DNA from: Marsupella aquatica | Lineage: Eukaryota; Plantae; Marchantiophyta | DNA length: 64,000 nucleotides | Assembly (NCBI GenBank): GCA_973895155.1 | Contig: OZ316895.1 | Span: 3,521,659 to 3,585,658 of the forward strand | Reading direction: 5' to 3' | Notes under the pieces: generated by a model | Databases searched by the model: none | What the model was told of the DNA's origin: nothing | What the model saw: the letters and a program-made list of their open reading frames with translations, nothing else | Shown here: positions 1-14,370 of the stretch, piece after piece | Layout: each line of letters starts with the position of its first letter | Numbering within the stretch: the first letter of the stretch is position 1 | Program-made: the position numbers and the translations under genes

Positions 1-822
1 AAGGAAAACAGCGTTAAAATCCTCATCGGGTAGTGCAGCGGAGGGGGCGGGCCAGGAGCAGGACTGGCTCACTACTTGGCCCGTCGGCCAGCCAATGAAG
101 GACAACTCCCAGGTGAAACAGTAAATACGCCCACAAACAGCATAAAACCTCATTAAACTCTCCGTATGCTAGCGATAAATGCCCTTACAGGAGTTACAGC
201 CCTCCCTCGCCTCGGGCCTGTAAGCATTTAATTTCGGATCGTAAATTGATTCGGCTTACAAGTTAGCCGTATCGTGGCCGTCTATGAATACTTTCAACGA
301 TTCAGATCTGAGGGGGAGAAAGTGATTCTGCTGCGGGCGGAGTTGACACATTACACTAGCGTACTGTAACGAAACCGCAACAAAACGCATGGTCCCGATC
401 GCCGGTGTCCCGAAAGCGAAGAGCGTCAATGACGTACGTGTGAGAACACATCTACGGCCATTGTCCCCTCCGACCAATGCTTCGCGCGAGTAACCACCGG
501 GACCGTTAGATCTTAGAGCGGGGATTGCAATATGGACGACACCTCCGTCGGCTCGAGTATCACCACTGTACATAAAACAATAACTCATCGTTGTCGTAAC
601 TGTAACTGGCTGGCGTTTAGTACCCCGGTTGATTAGTCGATACGAGCGGATGGGAAAAGTTGTTTGTACTGTGCTGTCGTAGGAACGTAGTTTAGCGGGC
701 TTCTTGGCATCTTTACAGGGCATCCCACAAACTCCAGGGCCCTGCAAAAGTACTGCAGTTCGTTTCCAGGGCGACCCAACCTGGAACATTCTTGGTCAAA
801 GTTTTATGTACACATAAACCTT

Positions 823-1000
823 GAGGTATTTGCTTGCTCGACCTCCAAAATGAAATTTGTTACTTGATCGACTGCTCAGGTCTATCAACAGTCCAGATCT
901 CAGATCAAAAGGTCCATCAACAGTCCAGATTGGGGAAAAGTATGAAGAGGGTTGATTGAGCAAACATTTTTCAGAAGGGGCTCTACTAAACATATATCTC
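823..1000. mobile_element. Degenerate Mutator-like MITE
   Basis: Left end GAGGTATTTGCTTGCTCGACCTCCAAAATGAAATTTGTTACTTGAT is an imperfect inverted match to the right end ...CAAACATTTTTCAGAAGGGGCTCTACTAAACATATATCTC. Flanks CATAAACCTT / CCCAAACCTT look like a decayed 9-10 bp TSD. Termini resemble the element at 14371-14529. Confidence 0.55.
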
Positions 1001-4000
1001 CCCAAACCTTAGGGGCAAACAGTACCAACAAAATCACTTTCCGGGCCCCAAAGCAAGAAGTTTGCTTGTGCGCTAGTCTGGCACTCCCATGCACATGTTG
1101 AGTCACTCAAAAACTATGGGTGACATACTCTCTGTGACCTTGTCAGCAGCAAAAATGAGTCCCAACTCCCAACCCATCATGTACAGGAGGGAATTGCTCA
1201 AACCTTCACTTTGAAGCATAACTGACTATCATTGCTGGACTTTAGGGGAAATTTCTAATTTTGGTTCTTCTATCACCCATTGTTTTGGGAGAGCGTTGGA
1301 GATGCTCGTAGTTAGAGCCAAGAACATAAGAAACAGGGACACATCAAAGTTCGAGATTGCAATTTGACTTCAACATCTCGTATCATGGGATTCCATCAAT
1401 TTAGTGGGTGCCTTGTATTCTGGACAACTAATATAGAAGTAGGTTTCTATAGATTGCTGGGTTCCGTGTCTGGTGTTGTGTTGGACCAATATGTAGAATC
1501 AAATGAATTGTTCAATCTTTGTTAAATTTTCTTTGGTGATATCGATGTTGGGGTTATCCATGGCATCGTTGGCTTGGATATGCTAGACTTTATATAGGCT
1601 AACAGTAGGCCCTTTTTTTGGCCTCTTGTAGAGTCAATGCGGTGTTGTTCTGCTGCAGTGCCTCTATTGTTGGCCCTCATGTTCTAACGCTGTTGTTGCC
1701 CTTCAAGAAAAACAAGGATAACTATTTTGGGCCCTACATTTCCGTTGTCCTTCTGATTGACATCACTCGGAACCAGTGTTCCCTCCCGAAGGGGCCAAAA
1801 TCTAGATTGATGACGGCTTTGAGTTGGAGGAAGCCAAACTGCCACATCATATACGTACTATTTGCTGTCTGGAAAACAGACACCACTAGAACTGTGATAC
1901 TAATAAGCTCCTAGAAGGACAAGAGTGTTTATAGGGCAGCGATACCCTAGGCTTGTGTATTAGGTAGATATGAGGGGAATGAGAAGTGAGTCTACTCTTG
2001 TGGGACATGGTGAACTAGTAGCAAGGAGAAGAAGTTACTCTTACATTTGAGGAGTTGTGAAGAATGGAGAGACGCATCTCCAGCATTGGACAAGTGGCAC
2101 CTTGTACGTTGCATGGACATCGTATCAGGTTGGATACAATCCCAAAGAAAAAATTTCTCACCTTGTGTAAACTGGTGATATATGGAGAAAACCGCATATC
2201 ATGAAAATCAGTACACCACAGTTCAATCTGGATACAGGAACAACTTTCACAACATTCTTTTTCAAAGCTTCTTTCATCTTCAGTTGATACTCTAGTTTCC
2301 TTCTTAGTGGTAGGAAGTGAGGCTTTCATTCATGTCTAGCAAGAGCAATGCACTAGTCATGTCTTCTTGGAGCTTATGAAATTTGATAGCACAATTGACT
2401 TAGGTTTATTAATATTACACATAAACCTATCTTAGGATAATGTTGATGGTTGCTGTAGTTGCATGTACAATTTTCAATGACAAATAGATTATTAACCATG
2501 CCATGCTCATTTTCTGTTGTCCCGAGCAGTCCCATTACTGATAAGTAAAAAACCAGAGGGCAACCCAACAAGGGACAGGAGTAGTTCAGCTACCATGCTC
2601 TATTGTATTTCAAATCCCTTTGTGACCCTAAACTGATGCAGTGATGTTCACTCCAAGACACTAATTCTTTTAAAGGAAAACACTACAGCTGCTCTCTTCT
2701 CCAGGCATGGAGATGGACTCTGAGAGTCTTCTAATCACTCCTCTAACCATAGGCCAACCCCTCTTTCTCATATGAGATTCATGGGTCTTTAAGTTGGTAA
2801 GACTCTTGCAAAACTGACTTACAGTAGCTCCATGATTTGCTCTAGAGTATACCATAGAATTCTGTGCCAGATCGCGAATGGGACCCTTCCCTCCCTAAAC
2901 GAACAAGAGAGGCTACGCAAAAGTGTTAGAGGGAAATCATTTGCGCAACATAAAGCATGGAGATCCACTGTCGAGCATGAGAGGGGTGGAAATATTGCCC
3001 CCTCGTATATGCCAATCAGTGATGATTAGCTGTTGTTCACCATGCGCATTAATCATTTCCTTGGGCACGTGGAATAGGGGATTGTGTTGTGCACACACCA
3101 GGGAGTTGCACATGCCAATCGCCTTTTTTAATACTACAGTAGAGAATAGTGATGGACAAAGAATGATCCGCTACAAAAGCAGCTCACGCATTCAGTATCC
3201 AACAACAAGGAAAAAAACAAACATACAATATCCGCCACGTGTATGTATACGAACCCGACCAAAAGCGTGTAAGCATACGTTGCTGTAGAATTTGGACACA
3301 GGACCCAACATTTGATAAGCTTGGCTGCCCTCTCAAACCAACTTTGTTGTTTTATTCAACGGTTCATGTTTGCTTGGTTGACAAAATGGTTGTGTTAACT
3401 TGTTCTGCATGTCAATACATGGTGCAGTGTTTATTTATTTATTTTAAATGAGAACATGGTGTAGTGCTGTTGTAGTAAGGATTTCACGGGTTGCGCAAGA
3501 TGCTTAAACCTTACATTAGGCTTACTGTAAAATAACGAAGTTTGGGATAATTTCCGAAGTGCGGATTTGGTTTTCTTTCTGCCAGATCACTTTTGGGGGT
3601 AAGTTCATTGAAACTTGTTTAGAAAATGGGAAAAGCAATTCACAATCCTAGCCGTGTTGAAATACTCGGCGCACAGCTCTCAAAAGGCTGTGGGGCACTA
3701 CTTACCTTTTCACGTCCTTTGTCAGCAAAGACTCAGTCGCCATTCCTCTAGTTTGCTTTGTTCTCAATGAACTCATTGCTTGGCCCCTGAAGTAAGTTTA
3801 TGTTGATTTGCATTGTTCTTTTGTTTACAGATTCTCATCGAAAGTGCAGGCTGACTTCGAAGTAACTGAATCTCGCTTAAAATAGCGAAGAAATGCAGAG
3901 AAAGGCGAAGAGTGTTGTGTATCATGTCGATAGAGTGGGAAGGCTTTTTGGCAAGGGTGAACTTTAATAATAAGGCTCTCTCCATGAATGTGTACTGTGT

Positions 4001-4504
4001 ACTCTTCGGTGAGACTAATGGTTTTCTTAGCTTTCTGCATGACGGGTGAGCTGGTTCACTCTAGGCAGATCTCCACCATGGAGAACACAAAATCAGACTA
4101 AAGACGACGATGCTCTGGCTGTTCCTTTTGCAAGAACAGAATGTTGCTCACCTTCGAAACAATGATAGAAAATCTATTACATTTTGAATTTTGTTCCTAG
4201 GATGCCACAGTCGGACAGTCAACAGCTGACAATAGCATGGATGGAGCACTACCTTAGTGTCATCCCAGTGCGCAGGACCTGTGGGAAATATTAAAGTCGT
4301 TTATTCGAGGAACAACAGATTTCCTAGTTTAATTTTGGAAATAATCTATACATTTAATAGTCAATTTTAGGGTTAACATAAAGATATTAGATTGTTCTGT
4401 CAATTCAGATGTTCTGTCAATAAAGATGACAAACTTCGCAGGCACTCTAAAATATTTTGTCAGTCAAATCTAAATTTTTGATAATTGTTAATCTCTTCCT
4501 CAAA

Positions 4505-4718
4505 CCGGTTTGGCACTGAGGTACACAAATCAAGAATTTAAATATTTATTTGTGTTTTACTCGAGCCGTGCGACACTACGGTACACTGCCCAAGCAATTT
4601 CGATAATTATTTATTTACCACTGAACCTGGTGTTGCACCATGATACACAATCTAGAATTTTTAACAATTATTTATATTTTACTCGAACCGATATGACACT
4701 AAGGGACAATGCCCAAGT
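4505..4718. repeat. Degenerate AT-rich tandem repeat (~61/122-bp period)
   Basis: Recurring blocks such as TATTTAT..TTTTACTCGA.CCG and GACACTA.GG.ACA.TGCCCAAG. Confidence 0.55.
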
Positions 4719-6798
4719 CACGAGCTAATATTCCCCAAATTTTGGAGAATGTGACTCATTTAACGCGAAGAACCATAATTAATACTAAATGCAAAACCAA
4801 GTACAATAATGTAAATGTAAAAAAGGTACAAAAGGGAAGACACAAGAAAAAGAGAATAGTAACTCTGATAAGAGGGGTAGGCGAGGGAAAGGTAATATTA
4901 ATTAACAATTCACTGGTGAAATGGAGTCAGGTTCACATCTAAAGCAAATGTGTGGCAAGGTCCCTATCTACTGTAGTGTTGTAACTAAATTTGTAAGTGG
5001 GACAAAAATCTGGAGACAAGCACCGAGGTACATTAGCACACACTGTGAAAGATCCCAATAGATTTATAATGACATTGAAATGTGTTCACAAAAGTTCATG
5101 ATCAAGATAGATGTAGTTATTCGTTTTGCCAAAAAGTCAGATAACTAAGGTGGTGAATTTCATTCCTCTCCATTCCTATGTAAGGAGGTCGGTGACCAAA
5201 GCAACATCATTCGAAATGCTACATACGAGGTTTCAACAAAGGAGTTCTAACGCAGTCAAATCGAGTGTGTGACTCGAAATGTGTATTTTATTCAAACAAT
5301 AAAGAACTCAAAACAAGAGCACACACGGATCAGAGCGCAGGGGACAGAGCGCATCATGCCCCTGACCCTACATCCGAGTTCCAATGTCTGTACTTGACTA
5401 AAATGTTACTGGAATCGTGGACAGAAATTGGGTAAAATCTTATGGGAATAGTGGGTCATAGCGGTAAACTGGAAGGAGTACTAGTAGATTCCACATGATT
5501 ATGGCGAAATAAACAGAACCCCCCCAGGCACCAAATACGGTACACGGTCCACATAGTGTAGTTCCCTTGAAATCCAAAACTTATCCCTCTCCATGAGTGC
5601 CCTTCCCAAATGAATGAATGATACTACGTGGATTTCCAATTTAGGACCGTAGGAACCCCGCCAACTCTAACCCATATCAAAACATGTTTCACATCATTAC
5701 ACCACACAGCCAAAATTTACTCACCTGTCAGCGAACCATCCACCGGATATCACTAGCATGTTTCATGGAGTGACTGATAACATGTTTCCCAAAGTGAGGG
5801 GATCAACCAATCCTATCAAACAACATCCAAAGATCAGCCCAACAATGACTGTTAATTTGGACCCACAATCACTGACTCGTTACTAGCATTAGATAAAAGT
5901 ATAATGTTTTGAAAAATAATTAAAAATGATTTACTGGAATAACACTAATCATCAAAAATAATGTAGGCCAGAATAAAAGCTCCGATAGACCTCTAGGTTT
6001 GTGAAAATGCTCCCCACTGATTTCTGCAATTCAGATGGACTGCATTTTATTAACAATAAATTAACTTTATTAGTCCATCTCAATTGTGTGATTTTCTTCT
6101 ACGGAACATCATTCATTTTCTGGACGCCAATTGATTTCAATGTCCAGATAGTCTAGTGGTTCAAAATCGGAAAATGCATGGGATGCTGTTTAGGGTATTC
6201 TTCGGATACCGTAGATGAATGCCGTAGGTGCATCCAAAGTCATCAAGTGAATGATGCTTCGACAAGAAGGATATATAAGGCCTTCGGTGAGCAGTAAAGT
6301 AAGTTGGTGAAACCCAATGAATGCTTGTACAGTTGGCCGACCAGATCCCGGTTAGTGTACCAGCGGGTCATTCTCGCGGGATTGCATTTTACTTTTTCCA
6401 TAATAATGAACGCCCCAGATGTTCTATAATCCCAGATGACTCACACCACCGTTAGATATCCTGCCCTAGGAACCGGATACCTCCCAGTTCCGGGTGCAGG
6501 ATATCGTTGACCGGCTCTTCGATATGACTTTGCCGTGCAGCGCAGATTAGTGAGGTCATTAATGTCATAGAATTGCTTTGAAATATTTTATTCTTATAGA
6601 TCGATTTACGGGGGGTTTTGGTACGTCTTCTGTACGCACTGTACAACAAATAACGGATTTATTACTTGTGAAGCTCAATAAAATTTCGTTCTTATCCACA
6701 CAAGCTGCCTTGTCTTATTTTATGGTTTTTATAACCTACGTGGTGTTGATCTAGATTTTGTAAAGCTCGGTTGTGCATTGCATTTGGAGACCTTTCTG

Positions 6799-6876
6799 AA
6801 GTACTCTGGCTGGCTGACGTTTGGAAAACTGAATTGTGCAAAGTACTCTGGCTGGCTGACGTTGGGGAAAACTGAA
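6799..6876. repeat. Two-copy tandem duplication (42-bp period)
   Basis: AAGTACTCTGGCTGGCTGACGTT(T/G)G(G)AAAACTGAA occurs twice. Confidence 0.85.
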
Positions 6877-7237
6877 GTTTGTAATGTACTCCTTTCATAC
6901 AGGTGCAGCTGTCTTGTTTTCGCTCAGCGTGAATCCTTTTTTTATGTTGTATCTTCGACCAAAGGCCAAAGTTGTTCTAAGAATATATATCCAAACAAGT
7001 ACGTGGTTCGTGTGTGCATGATCTTCCTGTTCTATGTCAGTCTTATCGACGTGGATATCTCGACAGCAATGACACGCCAATCGCGTGACATAAAATGAAA
7101 ATTTCACCCCCCAGTATACTTGGTTACTCGTTACATGGCAAAGACGTATTAACGTCGATCTTTTATGAAAGAACTACAGTACCTTACTCCAGTCTACTAT
7201 CCAAGGGAAGGCTCCCTCGAAGGTGCCCAGAGCCTGC

Positions 7238-7405
7238 CCTTAGCAGAAGTTTAGCAGAGTAGTTTCTGCACTTCTGGGTAGAGCATGATTAGAGAACTGT
7301 AACACACTAACACATGCAGTTGGCACTTAGCAGAAGTTCAGCAGAGTAGTTTATGCACTTCTGGGTAGAGCACGATTAGAGAACTGTAAACACGTGCAGT
7401 TGGCA
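7238..7405. repeat. Two-copy tandem duplication (~88-bp period)
   Basis: CTTAGCAGAAGTT.AGCAGAGTAGTTT.TGCACTTCTGGGTAGAGCA.GATTAGAGAACTGTAA...TGCAGTTGGCA occurs twice. Confidence 0.85.
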
Positions 7406-10400
7406 TTTAGAGAAAGAAACTAGAGTTCAATCACCTCCACCATACACCTTAGCTCCATTATCAATGTCTCGCCCTCTCGATAAGTGGGAGTTTCGGGTTC
7501 ACCATCGCAATCTGCTGCTATAAGGTCTCACCTTACAGTGTACCTCAACTTTTGCTTGACCCCTGAAAATTCGATAAGTGCATCTCCACAGTATATGTAA
7601 CTGTTGCAAGATCTTACCAATAAAATCATCTCTGATTTTTGCACTAATTGATAAAATGCATCTCTACACTTTTAGATGGACATACACTTATATATTAATT
7701 TGTTAACGACATTGAAGATAGAAGCACTTATGAAAATACAATACAAGCCTGTAACATTAGTGCACTAAATGACCAGCCTGAAGTAACCCCGGAATCTATG
7801 TTGCAGTTCCACGTTACGGACTGTACAGTGAGTTCAGGAGTTGAAACTGTCTCGGAGGGCACGAACGGCCGAAATGGGATTCTATGGCACTATGGCAGTC
7901 AGCCTGCGTGCAGGGACAGACAACGTCGCTCGCAGCCGCTACACTGCCAATGTGACTCTCCTGCCAAACTGAAGCGGCAATCAATGGCAACTGAGGGTAG
8001 GTGTGGAGATCTATGCCGCCAATCTAGGGGACTCAGAGTTTCTCCGCGGTTGTGGTCCTTAAGTTAGTGGACAATTTATTATTGGAACGCTCGATCAAGG
8101 CTGTCTGTGGGCGGCGCGACGGTATGAGAACCGTCCTTCAACCATTACACGTGTAAGTATTGCATGCTGTGTCAGGGAAAAGTTCAGGATAACGATAACC
8201 GGCAGTTCCGGTCAAAGGCATTTCTAATTACGCTCGCCACCGTAATGATGACGGTCAATAATCATCGTCGCTAAATGACGAATACGTTGCCTTACTACAG
8301 TAGTTGAATGTATGGTATTCTATGCGTTCAAGATTGACAAATAACGGGAGGACCGCAAAAACGGAACAGTTTAATTTTTATTTTTTTCATCTAAATTTTT
8401 ATTTTCAAGACAGATATTTACTCATTTTTAAAGGGAAACAACCCAACCGCAGATCTCCTTGACTTCTTTGTTTTGAGTCATGTATGTTTATTTGTTTAAA
8501 ATGGACAGATGCAAAAGTAAAATTGGATGATCAAGATAGAAGAATTTGAATTTTTATGGACGGCTAAGATCTCTGGTTTTCCTTTTCCTTTACTTAATAT
8601 TCCTTACTTTTGGCTGATTATTTTACTAGACGTTGACCTTAAAGAGACCTTTCTTTCCAATTCTTGATGGCGTCAAACACGGAAGAGGAGACGCAGGGGC
8701 AAGTGGACATAGTGATAGTTGTTGGGAGGTACAAGGAGGCTCTTTGTACCTGGAGTTGTGGTTGGAGCTCATAATATTCACAAAACTTTTGAGCTTTGAG
8801 GTAGTTAACACTCAGCCCATTTTTTTCCCTTTACAGGTTTGAGCAGCTTGACAGGGTACATGAGTCAAATGATCATGACTACTCAAATCTTTGGTAGAAT
8901 GATAAGGAATTATATTCCAATTTGAAGTCTTCGTGTAACAGTGTGAGCGCATTAATTTCAAGCGGTGGCTATCTTCCTTTTTGCATACCATCATGCCCAA
9001 CAAACGGAAACCACAATCATGCCCGTTACTAAAGTGAAAATTTGAAACAAGCAACCTTTCGGTTAGCGCCTGCAGATTCCCACTGCAGATGTGGCTTTTC
9101 CAGAGGGATGCATTTACGTAGCAAATAGTTTAGAATTTGAAGTCCATGAGTATGCCTGAAAAGGTGGAAAAGATAGAGTGAAACGAGATTTAAGTTCAAA
9201 ATCTTGAGTTTTATAATTTTCAATCGAGGGGGAAACCAGCCCGATTGCCCGAAGAAATAACTCAATCATGAAGAGTTGATGACTACAATGAAGAAGGTCC
9301 AATAAAGTGCAAGACAAAGGTATCCAAGACTAATTAAAAACAGGACAGTTGAGTGGTGGTCTTGGCAAGATGTATCTGACAAGAACCAGTAGGATCGAGA
9401 GGAGGGCCCTGAGAATATCAAGGACAGAAAATTGACTTTTTAATACATTCTTTTAAATTGGGAAAACTCATCCCTACATCTCAAATAGATCTTTCATTGT
9501 AGACGTAGATGACACTATACGATGGAGAAATAACATTGCAACACAAAAATTTTAACAATGTGGACTGGTTGGGGATCCAGCCCATCCTATCCAATCAGAT
9601 TGGAAAGATACAATTTTTGTATCAAAAGTTGCCAGACTTAGGTCTTGGAGGAGCCTCTCACGTGTGTCACCCCAATCTTTACGAGAACAGTAACTTTGTC
9701 CAAAATACTCTTTCACGCCAAAGGCACGGTACCAAGCACTAGTCAAGATTTACAAAAGAAAATCTGAACAGAAAATTTGATCTGAAGGTCCCACAACTTT
9801 AAAGCGCTTTGCATTATTAGGTAATTAAAGTTGTCAGGGCTAATTCACATACTTTGTAACTGATGAACCTTTCCTTCTCACGTTGTCTTATCAAGGATAA
9901 CTAGCCTGAACCCGTCACTTGGAATAAGGTGTACATGGAGATGAGGACCCCCTCCCTCCAATTGTTAGAAGTGTGTTGACTATGATGTCCGAGCCCAAGC
10001 TTCCACCCCCGAAGTGTTTACCCTTGTACTTACTCTACACCCCCATAGTCACTACCTACAAGCGTCACTCTGGACCATAGGCTTAGATTGCAAATTACCA
10101 CATGAAATCGATCCTAGCGTAGAGATTACTAAAAACTTATTAAACTTTGATAACTCCTTGCAATCAAGTTTGTCAACTCATTGTAGTTCACAAAATTCTC
10201 CTTTCCACAAAAGTCACTTCGGAAGCAATTACTGGAAGACCCTAAGTCCTTAAAATGTCATCATTTGCGAAAGAGTTCTTAATTTTTCAATCAGTATCCA
10301 TGATAATTATTCTGTCGGTTTTTCGGTGCCATATTCGTTCATTCCTTTGTACGCGTTTACATTATTGCACTGCTCTAAGGCGAAATTTGTGGGGTTTTCA

Positions 10401-12794
10401 ACTCCTTGGTCAGTTTTTGGTGTGCAGTAATGAGTGTCTTTGTAGGCAAGTGCATTAATGTCAATTATTAAACGTGGCCGGACCAAAAACCTCCACAGCA
10501 TTGATTTTGGATCGTTGCTTTTGTGTGGTCCTCTAACTGCACAAAGAGATTCTCTCCCCATAGTAATAAGATCAGACGGAAAATGGAATCTTTAAAAATC
10601 TCAGAAGTAACTTAGTAAGTGACTCCAATTACTTTCGCTATGTTTGGCACAAGCCAGACTCCGCCCAATTGTTTCATGCAGACGCGTACTAGAAACATCC
10701 TCCCCACCCCCCCTTATTGTCTACACTCAATTTATTTTTAGATCTGATTTTGAAGGCACAATAAATATTAGAAAAGAAACACCAATTCTCCATGAGAAAT
10801 ATGATGAAAATAGAGAGTCTCGTTCTATCATCCAACTGAGGGGGTCTAAATATCTGGAAAACTCCTTTTTTTGAATTCTGTCTCTGTAAACTTTAGTATG
10901 TTTATAGGGCCCTTGTCTGTAAACCTACTCATATTAATGGACCACATAAAAGCCTTTGCCTCTTCTTTTTCTGACACAAAAGAAACTTGTTTTCTTGTGT
11001 AATAACTCTGCAATAGCCTTTGCTTCGTGTCCTTGATGGGCATTGGAAAGAAGATGCACTGAGTGAGGCCCCATCCATCTCATTTACCTGTTCCAGTAGC
11101 ATTTTGTCTTGAATTTTACCACATACCAATAATGGGGCAGTGAAAGACATCTTACATTTTAGTACAGCTGCTTTGCCAAGGTTTTCTTTTGGTGTAACTT
11201 TTGGTGGACGAGAGTGTTAAAATGTGCCGTCATACACCGTGTCTTGATGGGTAAGCTTACAACTTTCACGTCATGTTGGTCTAGAAATGACAGTCGACAG
11301 GATATTGATGATTGTTTTGGTCCAAACTAACAATGGTTTGGTAAAAGCTGCCCGCCCGAATGAGGATTAGGCCAAATGTAGCTAAAGCAACTCAGTTGTG
11401 AATACCATTTTGGTTTTGATTGTTAAGAAATAGAATGGAGCTCTGGACGTACTAAACATAATTTGTCCTTTATATGCTGCTAATTACGGTCTGCTTCCTC
11501 TTTGCGAAGGGGTCCTACATTATTCTATTTTAAGGAAAGATTTTAGGATTTTTGCAAGTCATCATCAATTTGTCACAAGCAAGTTTCCGGTATAATTTTG
11601 TCACAACAAGTTCATCATTTTTGGAGTACTCTTACTTAGAGTATATATATCGGATGATGTTTGTTTATTGGGGTACTCAGTGGCGTGCACTGTTACATTT
11701 GTTGTTCTCATAGGGTCCCCTTCCTTTCCTCCATTCAGTTCCAGCCAGCGACTGTTTGGGGCCAAATTCTATGTCACTAACAACTGTTCCCTAGTCAAGG
11801 CAAAATTTCACTAGGTCTTTTGGCTTCAAGCCATTTTCCCACCTACTGTAGTCAAAGAACCTATTAGTCAAAATAAGACTAATCCTTAGATCTAGGGAAA
11901 TATAACCACTGAAATTAATCTATGAAAATAGATGGGGAAGGTTCTAAGCATCTCCTGTATCACCTGGTGACTTTGACCACCTTGGCCAAAAGCAAAAGGA
12001 AAATCCTTGAAAATTCATGGCTGCACCTGTGTGGGCCCCTGAAGAAACAAAAGCCCGGATGGACCTAGAAATTGCCCTCGCCCATCCACATGGACTGCGT
12101 AAAGCAATAGTTGCTTTTACATCAAATGGAAAAAGGAACTGGTCACCGATGACAGCTGACAACTTTGACTACCTTGGGGAGAACATAGTCGAGACGTGAT
12201 GGTGGTCCTGGCATGACATCTTGATGTCTTTAAGATTGAAGATTGTGAAGTAGTCAAATTACTGAGGAAACCAGTTTGATAATGTAATTGAAACGGGCTA
12301 CAAATGGTAAGGAGGCAGTTTACAAATCACATTTCAGTCAAAAGTGTAAACAATGTTATCTGAGTTTGTTTAAACATTCTTAGCAAGTCCATCCAAGTTT
12401 TGCCAGTCCATCCAGGTGTCATAGACAAAGTGGATGTCCATCCGGGCTTTAGTTCGCCCCCCTGTATCAATTTACTTCTCAATAAATTCCTTGCCCCAAA
12501 ATAACATAAAAATACTGGAAATTGTGCAAACGCTCCTGTAAGCAGCAATTTGCAATCCATTAGATGATTACATTATCCACGTAAGCAAAGTGAGTCAACA
12601 GATCTGTAGGGACTTACATAGTTGCATGGGCGGAAGTAGATTGAAGTCTCTCTTACGCTCTAAAGCACTGTGGCAACTCTCAAGCTAGTGTTTTGGAATG
12701 TAACCAGATTTGTTGGGCCAGACATAGGGGAAGTAATGAGATAAAATCGGAGCCCCCTTCCCCCCTTTATCGGCATGCAAACGGCAAACTTAGT

Positions 12795-13492
12795 AGCCCG
12801 GTTTGGACTTGCCCGGAAAATAGAGCCTTTAGAGGCCGTCAACCGGCACTTCACCCCCGTGCCCCGGCCCCATCCCCTGGTCTCCCCCCCCTTTCCCCTT
12901 TTTTACTCCCCCGGTCCCCATCGCCCGGTCTCCCCTCTTTACACACTCCCGACCCCGGCCCGGCCCACCCCCCCGACCCGGGCCCACCACATGGGACCGG
13001 GTCGGGCGGGGGCGGGCTGGGCCGTAGGCAGGGCTGGCAGGGAGGAGGGGTAGTTCGGGAGGCCTGGGAGGGGGATTTAGTGAGGAGGGGAGGAGGGATG
13101 AGGGGAGGGGAGTGCGCAAGGGGAGGGGAGTGCGTGAGGGGAGGAGGGAGTGACGGAAGGGAGGAAGTGGAGGAGGCCGGGCCGGGCCGGCAGGGAGGAG
13201 GGGAGGAGGCCTGGCCTGGCCGGGCTGGGCCGGCAGGGAGGGGAGGAGGGCAGGGCCGGCGGGGAGGAGGGGAGGAGGCCGGGAGCATGACGAGCCGGGT
13301 CTGGGGCCGGGTCGGGTCCGGGTGAGGAAGACAGGCAGGGTCCGGGAGGAGGTCGGGTTTTGGGCGGGAAGAGTTCAGGCCGGGCCGGGGAATAAGTGCG
13401 AATATCCGTCAAATAAGGGCATTTTGGTCCGGAAAATGCCGAGTTTACGTGTCGGGTAAGTCGGCAAGTTGCCCGTCACTTCAAACCGGGCT
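12795..13492. other. GC-rich, strand-asymmetric low-complexity island with a short terminal inverted repeat (probably a non-autonomous DNA transposon)
   Basis: A C-run block (~12850-12990) is followed by a G-run block (~12993-13390) with GGCCGG/GGGTCGGG/GGAGGGGAG motifs. It is bounded by an 11-bp perfect IR, AGCCCGGTTTG (12795-12805) / CAAACCGGGCT (13482-13492). No TSD was found. Confidence 0.5.
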
Positions 13493-14370
13493 TAGTAGAC
13501 AATAGCTACCTTTAGCGGAACTGTTTACTTTAGGCCTGCCACTCAGTAGGTGATAACTTGACTACAACACCCTACTGAGGCCGAAACAAAAAATGAAATA
13601 AGACAAGAAGTGGAATTACAGATGTCATTGAAGTATAAAAAAAACCTCATGCAAATGCCAGTGGGACGGGATCGTTATCCTAACCTACTCCTATGGGACC
13701 CAAAAATACTCGTGGGATGAAATGTAAACGTTTCTCACACCAAGTCAAGAGTTCTGTAGATAACATGGAAGCTTAGTAGTCCTATCCCAGCAACAGGTTT
13801 CAAGTGTAGTCTCATCTGAGTTTATAGCTCTGAAGATGTGTTGAGTTACTGAGACTTGCTGAGAATTGTTTTAGTTTTATACTTTCATCCATATTAGAAT
13901 CTCTTGTAAGGCAAGGTTTTGGTGCATGAGATTTCAATTTCCCCCTTACTTCAATTTTTTTTTTAATTTGTGCTGTAAGCTTAGACCTAAATTGGTACTA
14001 GGTCTACAAAAAAGTATGTTTTAAGTATAATGCCACAGATCTGGATTAAAACTAGTGTCTTCCCCAGAACACTGTGGTGCACAAAGTGAAATTTTTGGTC
14101 CAATGGTAAATAAACATGCACACTCTCATGAGCAAATCATTTGAACTTGAACAAACATCCCTCCAACACAATGCCTGGGTACTGTGTTAGAGTGGGGGAC
14201 CTGATAGAATGTATTTCACCTCAACTCAATTCTGTTCTACACCAGTCAGTTTTACTGAATTCAGTTCAAATGCCACTCAAACACAACACCAATAGTTGAA
14301 CACAATGTTGCAAGTAAAAAAACTCAAGCACATTGTCAAAACTCAAGTACATGTCCAAGGGTACATTTCT

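Noticed and set aside
256-789. 177-aa minus-strand ORF
   Set aside because: No recognisable motif, domain or supporting splice structure.
1950-2860. Cys-containing short ORFs suggestive of a SWIM zinc finger or transposase relic
   Set aside because: The motif spacing is not convincing and the frames are broken; it cannot be supported without an HMM search.
12693-13412. Several overlapping Pro/Gly-rich ORFs (92-210 aa)
   Set aside because: They result from stop-codon depletion in GC-rich low-complexity DNA. They are open on both strands and have no domain motifs.
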